A stretch of 20,000 bases of DNA from an uncultured virus (IMG/VR IMGVR_UViG_3300017747_004150) (Duplodnaviria > Heunggongvirae > Uroviricota > Caudoviricetes). Shown here piece by piece: positions 1-7,230 of the stretch. The position numbers and the translations under genes were made by a program. The stretch is from IMG/VR virus record IMGVR_UViG_3300017747_004150, one strand, 5' to 3'. The first letter of the stretch is position 1. Each line of letters starts with the position of its first letter. A model generated the notes under the pieces. It saw only the letters and a list, made by a program, of their open reading frames with translations. It had not been told where the DNA came from and did not search any database.

Positions 1-674
1 AGTATGGCATTTGCTCCAATTGTGTACCCGGTAATTGGGTTTGCTGCCTGGATGTATCGATTGTCAAATAAAGTATCTCCGGCAGAAACTCCATACCCAG
101 CCAATGTTGTCGGAACGGATCCTAAATTAGAGAACAACACTTGGCGCATGGTTTTATCCCAAGCGTAGAATTGTCCGGAACTACCAGTATTTATGGATGC
201 TTGCTTTCCGGAAAACAAAGAGTTTAAAGAAGCGTTTGCTAATGGATCTCCACCAATGTCAGAAAAGTCCTGGGTTATACTCAGCTGATTAAGCTTTTGA
301 ACTTGCGCCAGTGTCAGGTGGAAAAACTCATCAAGAATTGAACTGCCACCCTGTTTTCCAGTGGTCTGGTCATTGTGTGATACTACTACCGTAGATGCGG
401 CAACATAAGAAACTGGCAGGGCATACGTCAACGAAGCCGGCACGTTATTAAGATCCAGGTTGTTCACCAGAACCGTCAATGCGTTTGCCTGTTGCTCCTC
501 AGATAAAGCTGAATCCGAAGATTGCTGTTGCATGTAATTGCAAGTCAGCAATTCAAATCCAATATCTAAATCGGTGGTTTGAGAATCAACATCAAAAACA
601 AAATCGTCCGCCAAAGACGACATTGCTGAAATTGATTTGCTCAGAAACTCAATTTTATTATCAATGTATGCCAT
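1..674 (-). CDS. Tail fibre-like structural protein, N-terminal ~224 aa; runs off the left edge
   Basis: Not in the ORF track because there is no stop inside the window. Hand translation from the ATG at 674 is open to the edge: MAYIDNKIEFLSKSISAM...SHNDQTTGKQGGSSILDEFFHLT...GSSGQFYAWDKT...VPTTLAGYGVS...TGYTIGANAI. The HNxxxGxQGG...ExxHLT, QFYxxDKT and PTTLAGYG motifs are ones I recognise from phage tail fibres. The start lies 13 nt after the TAA of the upstream gene. Confidence 0.75.
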   Translation of the reverse strand, partial: MAYIDNKIEFLSKSISAMSSLADDFVFDVDSQTTDLDIGFELLTCNYMQQQSSDSALSEEQQANALTVLVNNLDLNNVPASLTYALPVSYVAASTVVVSHNDQTTGKQGGSSILDEFFHLTLAQVQKLNQLSITQDFSDIGGDPLANASLNSLFSGKQASINTGSSGQFYAWDKTMRQVLFSNLGSVPTTLAGYGVSAGDTLFDNRYIQAANPITGYTIGANAI

Positions 675-687
675 GGAGTTTTTGAAT

Positions 688-1494
688 TTAACAGCCGCAA
701 TCTTTTTTAACTTGTTCCAAATAGGTCACCCAGGTAGTATATGATACCACTGCATTAATGAACGCAAAATCCCGCAGGTTAGATACAAACGAAACCTCCA
801 ACATTTGAGCCTTGAGAAACGGCAAAAACTCACACTTCTCGTGAATGGTGTCGTCATTGTATTTCCGAAGCAACGAAACCATTCTGGAAAGCGCAATGCA
901 ATAGATCCCAATACCAGGACAACTTCCACCATACCATCCTGCCGTTGATGCATAGATGTATGGCAGATTTTGTTCCTCATAATTTGTGAGAACCGTATTT
1001 TCCGGAACCGCTATCAAATAAATTTCATTTACTCCTTCCGGTATCCCAGTAACAGTAATCTCATAAGGAATTAATTGAGGATCCTGCTCAAAAGCAAATG
1101 TCCAGAATGATCCGGTAGCATCATAATTAATCCAGCCTACATACAAATCGACCTCCGACCTTTTTGGTCTGTTTGGGTCAAACCCGGCGCTTTCTGGATT
1201 ATATCCCCAGGTGTTTGTTGTGCCATTGTAATCGCCGGTACTATCGACTACTACCACTGAACTACATGCCGTATCAACAGTTGAGATGGTTGGCTTTAAA
1301 ACAAGAAGCCCGTTAAGGGGTGGTGGATTAATTATGCCAGTCGTAGTGTTTTTGCCGGAAGTAAAAACATTCAACGGAGGAAGCGTCTGAGCCCCTCCGG
1401 TTATATTTGAGCCAACGGAAACAACATTTATCAGCGGCAGTGTGCTTGCTCCCGCTGTTGCCGACGCACCGGTAAGAAGACCTGCTATTGCCAT
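688..1494 (-). CDS. Putative virion structural protein (268 aa) with N-terminal 19-aa repeats and a C-terminal CGC
   Basis: In the operon, 2 nt after the previous stop. Contains CSSVVVVDSTGDYNGTTNTWGYNP, resembling a DxTGxY...GWG/GY motif I recall from Bacteroidota phage structural genes. Has a helical C-terminus ending KKDCGC and lies directly upstream of the tail-fibre-like gene. Confidence 0.6.
   Translation of the reverse strand: MAIAGLLTGASATAGASTLPLINVVSVGSNITGGAQTLPPLNVFTSGKNTTTGIINPPPLNGLLVLKPTISTVDTACSSVVVVDSTGDYNGTTNTWGYNPESAGFDPNRPKRSEVDLYVGWINYDATGSFWTFAFEQDPQLIPYEITVTGIPEGVNEIYLIAVPENTVLTNYEEQNLPYIYASTAGWYGGSCPGIGIYCIALSRMVSLLRKYNDDTIHEKCEFLPFLKAQMLEVSFVSNLRDFAFINAVVSYTTWVTYLEQVKKDCGC
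1288..1458 (-). repeat. Three degenerate 57-nt (19-aa) coding tandem repeats
   Basis: TAGASTLPLINVVSVGSNI / TGGAQTLPPLNVFTSGKNT / TTGIINPPPLNGLLVLKPT, consensus TxGxxxxPxxN. Confidence 0.7.
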
Positions 1495-1496
1495 GA

Positions 1497-2306
1497 TTAA
1501 AAATATCCGTAAGAAGCGACCTGGCTGTAATAAATTGATGGAATGTTCTGATACACCTCGTAATACTCAAGCGTATCGGAAAACAAGATATTGAATCTTG
1601 TGTTGGAAGTCAAAAGCGTGTCCTGGCTCCCAAATGGATTCAACAGGTACCAAACATACAGTGGAAACTGATTTGTATTGGCAAATGCCGTACCTGCGGT
1701 TCCGGGAGCAAAAGTTGTTGTTCTTGTGACCTGGCACTGAATAACATTTGCAGATCCAGGGTTTGAGTTTGGATCGTTTGTTTCCGAAAACTGAGTCAGA
1801 TTGATGATTGACGTGTCGCAATAAATAGTAGGATCTCCACTGTTTGGAGTTCTGAATGCCCGCAAATAAGGAAGCTTGCGAGTATTTGAATTTGATCCAG
1901 CCCCAATCAATGTTTTAATTCGAACATAAATGTTTTGATTCTGCCGGATTTTGCCGCGTGAGAAAGCATAAGCCAATGCCGTTACTGTGTTTGCTGCACC
2001 AGCAACCAAAGTAATTGTACTTGCAGCGACAGCTTCTACCGTTCCAACAAGAATCCACTCAACGCCATCATACGCTGCCATAACATCTCCAACCTGTGCA
2101 TTGGCTGTAAAGTCTGGTCCCGAATCTTTTGTGACCGTGTCATTCCCAGATGTTGCCGTTGCAGTACCTGCCACTTCAACGTATGATCCGATAATGTCGG
2201 ACTGAGCGGGCTCGGTGTTGTTTGTCAGGTTTCCGGTAGCCCTGGCGATTGCGGCAACTGCTTCTGTTGGTTGCCAAAAGGTAATTTCAAAAGTATCAGA
2301 TGCCAT
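1497..2306 (-). CDS. Putative virion structural protein (269 aa; fibre or decoration-like beta domain)
   Basis: Rich in Thr, Ala and Asn. The segment AGTATATSGNDTVT...FTANAQVGDVM...GTVEAVAASTITL fits the GTxxxxxGxxTVT...F...GD...V..V....TL beta-domain pattern common in phage tail and fibre proteins. Confidence 0.6.
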   Translation of the reverse strand: MASDTFEITFWQPTEAVAAIARATGNLTNNTEPAQSDIIGSYVEVAGTATATSGNDTVTKDSGPDFTANAQVGDVMAAYDGVEWILVGTVEAVAASTITLVAGAANTVTALAYAFSRGKIRQNQNIYVRIKTLIGAGSNSNTRKLPYLRAFRTPNSGDPTIYCDTSIINLTQFSETNDPNSNPGSANVIQCQVTRTTTFAPGTAGTAFANTNQFPLYVWYLLNPFGSQDTLLTSNTRFNILFSDTLEYYEVYQNIPSIYYSQVASYGYF

Positions 2307-2320
2307 TGTTATAAGCGTTA

Positions 2321-3118
2321 TTAGTTGTTGTGCAAATCTATAAGTTTTTCGACTTTAGAAATATAGTTATTTCTCAGTGACTGAATCTGTTTAAGCATAG
2401 ACTTCAGTTGCCATGTGTGCCGCATTGGTGGGTTTTCAATTGGAAATTCCGGCATAACAAAGTCCGGATGTATCCCTCTGTTTTTGCAGATGTCCATTAT
2501 CAGCGACTGTTCGGCAAAAACCATCATGCCGTAATTCGAATAATTGTCAGATGGCTGTGCCGGATTGTGCTCCATAAAAAATTTGGCTTCCTGCAGATAT
2601 TCGTCCCGGATGCTTTCATCCAAAAAACAAACCAAGCACATATTCAGCCCTTCAAAAGTATTCCGCTCACGCATCCACGGTTGCCGAGTGTATCCTTCTG
2701 GATAAACCAGGTTCTCCAATTCTCCTTTGGCGTCATCAAAGTGAGCCGTTAAGATCCGGGTGTTTGGCTTAATGTAGTTGGCTACCGCATCGTTTAGCGA
2801 AGCATCGATGTCAATAAATGTGGTGCCGCATGGATATTGGTTGTATGCGTAAATTTTGATGGCAGCCCAAAACACTATTTGGTTGACCGATTCCGGAACT
2901 TCTACTATTTTGTATTCATCATAAAGTTCGATCAAACCGGTTTCAATCGCGTAATCCAGAAAATACCGGTTGCAGACCAGAAACATTTTGGCGTTATGCT
3001 TTCGCCACTCCAATACTGAAAGTCGTAGTGTTATGATCTCAAAATCAAACAAGGATTGCCCCGGCTTACGAAAGCCGTAAATGTGGCATCCGTTCCCTAC
3101 AAATTGCTGGATGTCCAT
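2321..3118 (-). CDS. Glycosyltransferase-like protein (GT-A fold, DxD motif; DUF6734-like), 265 aa
   Basis: Motifs LSVLEWRKHN...FLVCN, FWAAIKIYAYNQ....FIDIDA (DxD at about 2801-2812), GLNMCLVCF, FAEQSL and a late HTW. This order matches GT-A nucleotide-sugar transferases and resembles DUF6734 as I recall it. Confidence 0.65.
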   Translation of the reverse strand: MDIQQFVGNGCHIYGFRKPGQSLFDFEIITLRLSVLEWRKHNAKMFLVCNRYFLDYAIETGLIELYDEYKIVEVPESVNQIVFWAAIKIYAYNQYPCGTTFIDIDASLNDAVANYIKPNTRILTAHFDDAKGELENLVYPEGYTRQPWMRERNTFEGLNMCLVCFLDESIRDEYLQEAKFFMEHNPAQPSDNYSNYGMMVFAEQSLIMDICKNRGIHPDFVMPEFPIENPPMRHTWQLKSMLKQIQSLRNNYISKVEKLIDLHNN

Positions 3119-3309
3119 GCGAGAAGTGTTTCTAACCTTACGGTGTCCAATGAAATATTTTGACAGTAGTTTGCTTCCTGGACAATAAAAAACCTTCTAC
3201 GAAATTGCTCGTTGCCCATCAAGCGGGAGTTCGCTTTAGAGACATCACTTTGCAGTGCCCGATCTGTTATCGTCTGCAATCGTTTCTGTGCTTCGCTTAA
3301 AGTATCCAT
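3097..3309 (-). CDS. Hypothetical small protein (~70 aa, MDTLSEAQKRL...)
   Basis: Fills the gap between the terminator and the glycosyltransferase-like gene, overlapping that gene's start by 22 nt. The track's start at 3336 lies inside the terminator hairpin, so the ATG at 3309 is preferred. This is the only called gene ending in TAG. Confidence 0.5.
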   Translation of the reverse strand: MDTLSEAQKRLQTITDRALQSDVSKANSRLMGNEQFRRRFFIVQEANYCQNISLDTVRLETLLAWTSSNL

Positions 3310-3318
3310 GAAGCAAAG

Positions 3319-3352
3319 AAAACAAAAAAGCCCCACATTTCTGTGAGGCTCT
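3319..3352 (-). terminator. Rho-independent terminator
   Basis: Minus strand reads AGAGCCTCAC-AGAAAT-GTGGGGCTTT then TTTGTTTT: a GC-rich stem with G-U pairs and a U tract, about 20 nt after the stop at 3373. Confidence 0.85.
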
Positions 3353-3372
3353 TAATATCAGGTGATCACCAA

Positions 3373-4365
3373 TTAAATAGCTTCCACATCACCGGCAATC
3401 TTCTTTTTCTCCGTCTCGATTATTTTCAGGAGATACTGCTTGGATAGATTACCTGCTTCTGAAGCAAGGAATTCTTCCAAAATCCGGTGCTGGCGCTCTG
3501 CCGTATCACCTTCCTTGTAGTTGACAATCCCTTTGTTCTTGTCTTTTTTCGGGAAGATCCAGCCTCTTTCCCCAGGACTGTTTTCCAACAACCCAAGATT
3601 TTGAGCGTCTGCAATAGCCAGCTTCAACCGGTTTACATCAAGCTGGTCAATACATTTCATTACCCGATCTGCATTGTTTTCAAGGAACGGCTGGATGTAG
3701 GCAACCAGATATGGCGTAGCCTTGTTTCCGGAGTATGGTGCGTTGGCATCCAATGAACGGGCCAGATCGTAGAGAAGTTCTGGTACCTCTTTGATTGCTT
3801 TGTACGCATCCAGAACTCTTTCTCTTTTCTGAATCTTTTCGTACTGAGCCAAAATTGCAGCATCGTCATCCCGGCGACGGAACATGAATGTTTCTCCGTG
3901 TGGAGGCTTTAACCCCAAACAGTTGTTTTCATTGTATGGGTTCATCATCATGGCGATGAACAAAAGCTTGTGCTCGGTATTCTTTTTGTGAAGAACCACC
4001 TGGGCTCCGCTGTTGCCGTCAAACGTAGCACGTATTGGAATTGGTCCATTGCCATCCGAACTGGTGAAGGCACATATTTTATACGGGTGCCCTGTTTCCG
4101 GATCCTGAATGGTATAGCTGGCCGAAAACGGGAATATCCCAACGGTTTGCACAAATCGGACCTGTTCGCCTTCTGCTTTCTGATCACTTCCAGACCGGGC
4201 TCTTTGGTTTACCCACATGTGAGGGCACAACTCAAATATTTCCTGGTCCTTCATTTCCGGAACCCTGGCAAACAAATGATCGCAATCATTATACGGTTCC
4301 TGATCTTTCACTTTGTAGGGCTTCAGTCCTACAATTTTTGTTTCTGGTTTAGTAGTTGCTGTCAT
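3373..4365 (-). CDS. Phage protein of unknown function downstream of the major capsid gene (330 aa)
   Basis: Clean ORF between two terminators with an AT-rich leader. The layout (beta N-terminus, LHKKNTEHKLLFIAMMMNPYN, then a helical C-terminus) resembles proteins I recall encoded after the capsid gene in crAss-like and Bacteroidota podoviruses. Confidence 0.55.
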   Translation of the reverse strand: MTATTKPETKIVGLKPYKVKDQEPYNDCDHLFARVPEMKDQEIFELCPHMWVNQRARSGSDQKAEGEQVRFVQTVGIFPFSASYTIQDPETGHPYKICAFTSSDGNGPIPIRATFDGNSGAQVVLHKKNTEHKLLFIAMMMNPYNENNCLGLKPPHGETFMFRRRDDDAAILAQYEKIQKRERVLDAYKAIKEVPELLYDLARSLDANAPYSGNKATPYLVAYIQPFLENNADRVMKCIDQLDVNRLKLAIADAQNLGLLENSPGERGWIFPKKDKNKGIVNYKEGDTAERQHRILEEFLASEAGNLSKQYLLKIIETEKKKIAGDVEAI

Positions 4366-4382
4366 AAAATTTAAGTTTAATT

Positions 4383-4420
4383 CAAAACAACAAAAGCGGC
4401 TCCGAAGAACCGCCCTTGTT
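4383..4420 (-). terminator. Rho-independent terminator with a cUUCGg tetraloop after the capsid gene
   Basis: Minus strand reads AACAAGGGCGGTTC-TTCG-GAGCCGCTTTTGTT-GTTTTG. Up to 14 pairs can form (3 G-U) with a C(UUCG)G loop, 24 nt after the capsid stop. Confidence 0.85.
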
Positions 4421-4444
4421 CGATAAGATTCTACAATAGACCGA

Positions 4445-5917
4445 TTAAGCAGCCCATTTGAAGAACATTGACTTCTGAGGGTTGGTCATCTGAAATCCGA
4501 ATGTTTCAGTGATCGTCTCTTTTGAAGCCTCGTATCCGATGATGTCAGAACCCCGGAAGATCTCGTTCCTTGTTGCCTGAGATCCGTCACCGTTTCTCTG
4601 GATCAACTGGAAGATACCAATTTGAGGTTTGTCTGAATCAACACCAAAGGTTTCCATGTTGGCCTTATCTCCACCACGACCCATGTTGGTTGTCCAACAA
4701 GTTTTCTCGTAGTAAGACGCATTCAATCCGGAACCGTTGGCAACTGTGTTCATCAACTCTGGGTGACCGTACTCAAGAACCGGTTTCATGTGGTGAGTAA
4801 AACCAATCTGGCCATCAACGATAGTACCAAATCCAAGTTTTACAGCACGCTTTGAAGCATCGGCTCCACCATCACCTCCAAACGTATCATAACGAGCGTT
4901 GGTCAATGTTGCGGTACCTTGGTAATCCAAAAGCTTGCCAGTGGCAATCTTAAATTCCATACCCACAAAGTGAGTAAGTTCATTACCCATACCAACACTT
5001 CTGGCATAACGAGCAACTTCGTTCAACCAGTCCTTCACTTTTTCAGTGGTAGACAGATCCAAAAGAAGGTTGTTATATCCAAAGGCAGCTGTCTGAGCAA
5101 TACCACCAACAGTTCTTTGACGACCATTGTAGCTGGATCCGTCAGCAATCATAATCTGGATAGATTTCTGAATTTCGTGACGAACGTAAGTATCCAATTT
5201 GGCAATCAGATCTTCGAAGAATTTACCCTGAACCGCATACTGCTTAATTACGGAGTTGGCCAGCATTGAGATCTCAGGACGAGAAGTCATCATGTACTGG
5301 AAGAACATGTCGTAACGAGCATCTGTCTGGCTCTCGCCTTCAGGAAACGTATCTTTTTCTTTCGACACGTTTGCGTGGAATGCAAAGAAGTCTCCGTTTA
5401 CCAAAGTTGCTACAACAGCACTGCTTTCAAACTGAACAGACAAAGTGTGTGCCGGCTTTGATCCACCGGTTGATGGCTTGCTCACCGAAATGATTTGGCC
5501 AGATACCGCGTTACGACCGCAGAAAACATACTGCTTTTCCAGACCTGGAGAAACCCATGTTGGTGATGCCGTAGTTCCAATGTTCTGCACATAGGCAGGA
5601 TCAATTGTCAAAGTTACCAGGCCATCTGTTGGAGAACCAATGTTGGACATGGCTGCTTTCCGGAAACGGGAATGTCTCTGGAAGAATGTATGCTTAACGG
5701 TATTCGTATTACGAGTACGACCGGTTTGCATATAAAACGTGGAAAGAGACTGTGCAAAGTAATTGCCGTCTTCAATTTCCTGTACTGCCTCCATTGCAAC
5801 GTCTCGTCTTGTAACGAAGTCGTCAATGATTTGCTGGAAGACTTCGGTCTGGTTCCCACTGGTGAATGCCCAGGGCCCCTTGGTGCCGTAAATCTGCTGA
5901 TCTGTTCCTGCTGACAT
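4445..5917 (-). CDS. Major capsid protein (HK97-fold, crAss-like size), 490 aa
   Basis: Sits after the portal and an acidic scaffold-like gene and is followed by a strong terminator. A-rich leader (TTTAAAAAAAGACAATC ATG). Sequence features fit HK97-fold capsids: E-loop-like KHTFFQ with a beta insertion, KEKDTFPEG...YDMFFQYM, spine-like RHEIQKSIQIMIADG...RTVGGI, and terminal ETFGFQMTNP. Confidence 0.8.
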   Translation of the reverse strand: MSAGTDQQIYGTKGPWAFTSGNQTEVFQQIIDDFVTRRDVAMEAVQEIEDGNYFAQSLSTFYMQTGRTRNTNTVKHTFFQRHSRFRKAAMSNIGSPTDGLVTLTIDPAYVQNIGTTASPTWVSPGLEKQYVFCGRNAVSGQIISVSKPSTGGSKPAHTLSVQFESSAVVATLVNGDFFAFHANVSKEKDTFPEGESQTDARYDMFFQYMMTSRPEISMLANSVIKQYAVQGKFFEDLIAKLDTYVRHEIQKSIQIMIADGSSYNGRQRTVGGIAQTAAFGYNNLLLDLSTTEKVKDWLNEVARYARSVGMGNELTHFVGMEFKIATGKLLDYQGTATLTNARYDTFGGDGGADASKRAVKLGFGTIVDGQIGFTHHMKPVLEYGHPELMNTVANGSGLNASYYEKTCWTTNMGRGGDKANMETFGVDSDKPQIGIFQLIQRNGDGSQATRNEIFRGSDIIGYEASKETITETFGFQMTNPQKSMFFKWAA

Positions 5918-5975
5918 GATTGTCTTTTTTTAAAGAGTGAGTAGTAATTTGTATGGACGATGGATTCTTTTGCCG

Positions 5976-7223
5976 TTATCCTTTTTTGAGCGCACTGTAA
6001 AAATTGTTCTTGCCAGCTTCAATTTCTGCTTGTCGTTGCTCTTCCGGAGTAAGTTGACGATTGGCAGCGTCAGTTCTTTTCCCGGAGATGCCCAAAGCGG
6101 CCTTTAGGTCATCAAGACTTTTACCGGATCCTTCCGCCAATCCATCTGTGTAGCGGCTTTCACCTACCTTGCCAGCATGCTTCTGAAGCAACAAGGGAAG
6201 AGCGTGCTCCAATAACTCAAGTCGCAAAGCGGCATCCATATTGAATCTAGTCTTGTTATCGCTCCCGGCGACCAAATATTTCGATTCAAGATACTTCTTT
6301 GGATCTTCAGCTATCTGTTCAGCAATTTGAGCAAATCCCGGTACTTCATTCACCAGAATTTCCACAAGTTCCGCGTTTTCCCCGTCACCTAACTTCACCC
6401 CAAACCGATCAAAAGATTTGGCCGCCTGTGCCAAATTGGTCTTTTCCTCGTCTGAAAGTGCATAGGATTGAATACCCCCTGGGTCTGCTTCTCCACTTGC
6501 CTCCAACAATGAAGGGGCCAGGCTTTTGAAATACTCAGACAATTCAGCCCTCTTGCTCCCGGCAATACTCTGAATCTTTTGTCCGTAGTAACTCTCTGGC
6601 TCATGTCCAAGTCCTTCCTCGTCGTCAAGATCTAATACTAAATTGGGATCTCCCAATTGTTGTTTCAATTCAATAAGAAACCCTTCCCTTTGAGCCTGTG
6701 CGCTCATGTCCGGGTTGTTTTTTACAAAAGCCTGGTAGAGCAAATCCTGAATAGGAAGCGCATCTACATCTACGTTTGCCAGGCTTGCAATATGGAATGC
6801 GTCTGGTCCATACATTTTGTACAACCCATGAATCTGTTCAGCCTCTTTGAACATGGATTGTTTTTGGTTGTATTCATCAACCTGGGCCAAAAGCTGATCG
6901 ATTTCTTCAATGCTTTTAAACTTGCCATTTGTAGCCGCCTCAACTGCATTGGGCTCTGGTGGTTGTTGTTGCGCTGCTGCAGCTTGCTGTTCGGCCATTG
7001 CTGCGGCCTCCGGGTCTGCTGCGGCCTGTTCGGCCATAGCTGCTTGTTCAGCCATAGCTGCGGCTTCCGGATCAGCTGCAGCCTGTTGCCCTCCCGCTTG
7101 TTGGGCAGCCATAGCGGCTGCCGCCTCCGGGTCTGCGGCGGCTTGCTCTGCCATAGCCTGTTCTTCCGCTGTTTTTGCAGCAACTTCTTCCTGAACTCCT
7201 TTCAAATAATCCTGCATTCCCAT
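5976..7223 (-). CDS. Putative capsid scaffolding/assembly protein (415 aa)
   Basis: Very acidic and helical with a low-complexity Ala/Glu/Gln N-terminus. Located between portal and capsid genes. Confidence 0.65.
   Translation of the reverse strand: MGMQDYLKGVQEEVAAKTAEEQAMAEQAAADPEAAAAMAAQQAGGQQAAADPEAAAMAEQAAMAEQAAADPEAAAMAEQQAAAAQQQPPEPNAVEAATNGKFKSIEEIDQLLAQVDEYNQKQSMFKEAEQIHGLYKMYGPDAFHIASLANVDVDALPIQDLLYQAFVKNNPDMSAQAQREGFLIELKQQLGDPNLVLDLDDEEGLGHEPESYYGQKIQSIAGSKRAELSEYFKSLAPSLLEASGEADPGGIQSYALSDEEKTNLAQAAKSFDRFGVKLGDGENAELVEILVNEVPGFAQIAEQIAEDPKKYLESKYLVAGSDNKTRFNMDAALRLELLEHALPLLLQKHAGKVGESRYTDGLAEGSGKSLDDLKAALGISGKRTDAANRQLTPEEQRQAEIEAGKNNFYSALKKG
6965..7160 (-). repeat. Coding low-complexity repeats QAAADPEAAA(A)MA x3 plus AMAEQ units
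   Basis: EQAMAEQAAADPEAAAAMAAQQAGGQQAAADPEAAAMAEQAAMAEQAAADPEAAAMAEQQAAAAQQQ. The DNA 'gcctccgggtctgc' recurs near 7006 and 7123. Confidence 0.9.
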
Positions 7224-7230
7224 GGTCTTA

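Noticed and set aside
479..685. 68-aa plus-strand ORF
   Set aside because: Overlaps the longer minus-strand tail-fibre-like frame, which fits the operon and has recognisable motifs.
3097..3309. Frameshifted single gene made of the small ORF and the glycosyltransferase-like gene
   Set aside because: The glycosyltransferase-like gene looks complete from its own ATG, and I saw no convincing slippery site with a downstream structure in the overlap.
3361..3370. Perfect 10-bp palindrome GGTGATCACC
   Set aside because: Palindromes of this length are expected by chance in 20 kb, and I saw no second copy to suggest an operator.
6965..7160. Possible CRISPR-like or non-coding repeat array
   Set aside because: The repeats are in frame, vary at synonymous positions and have no regular unique spacers.
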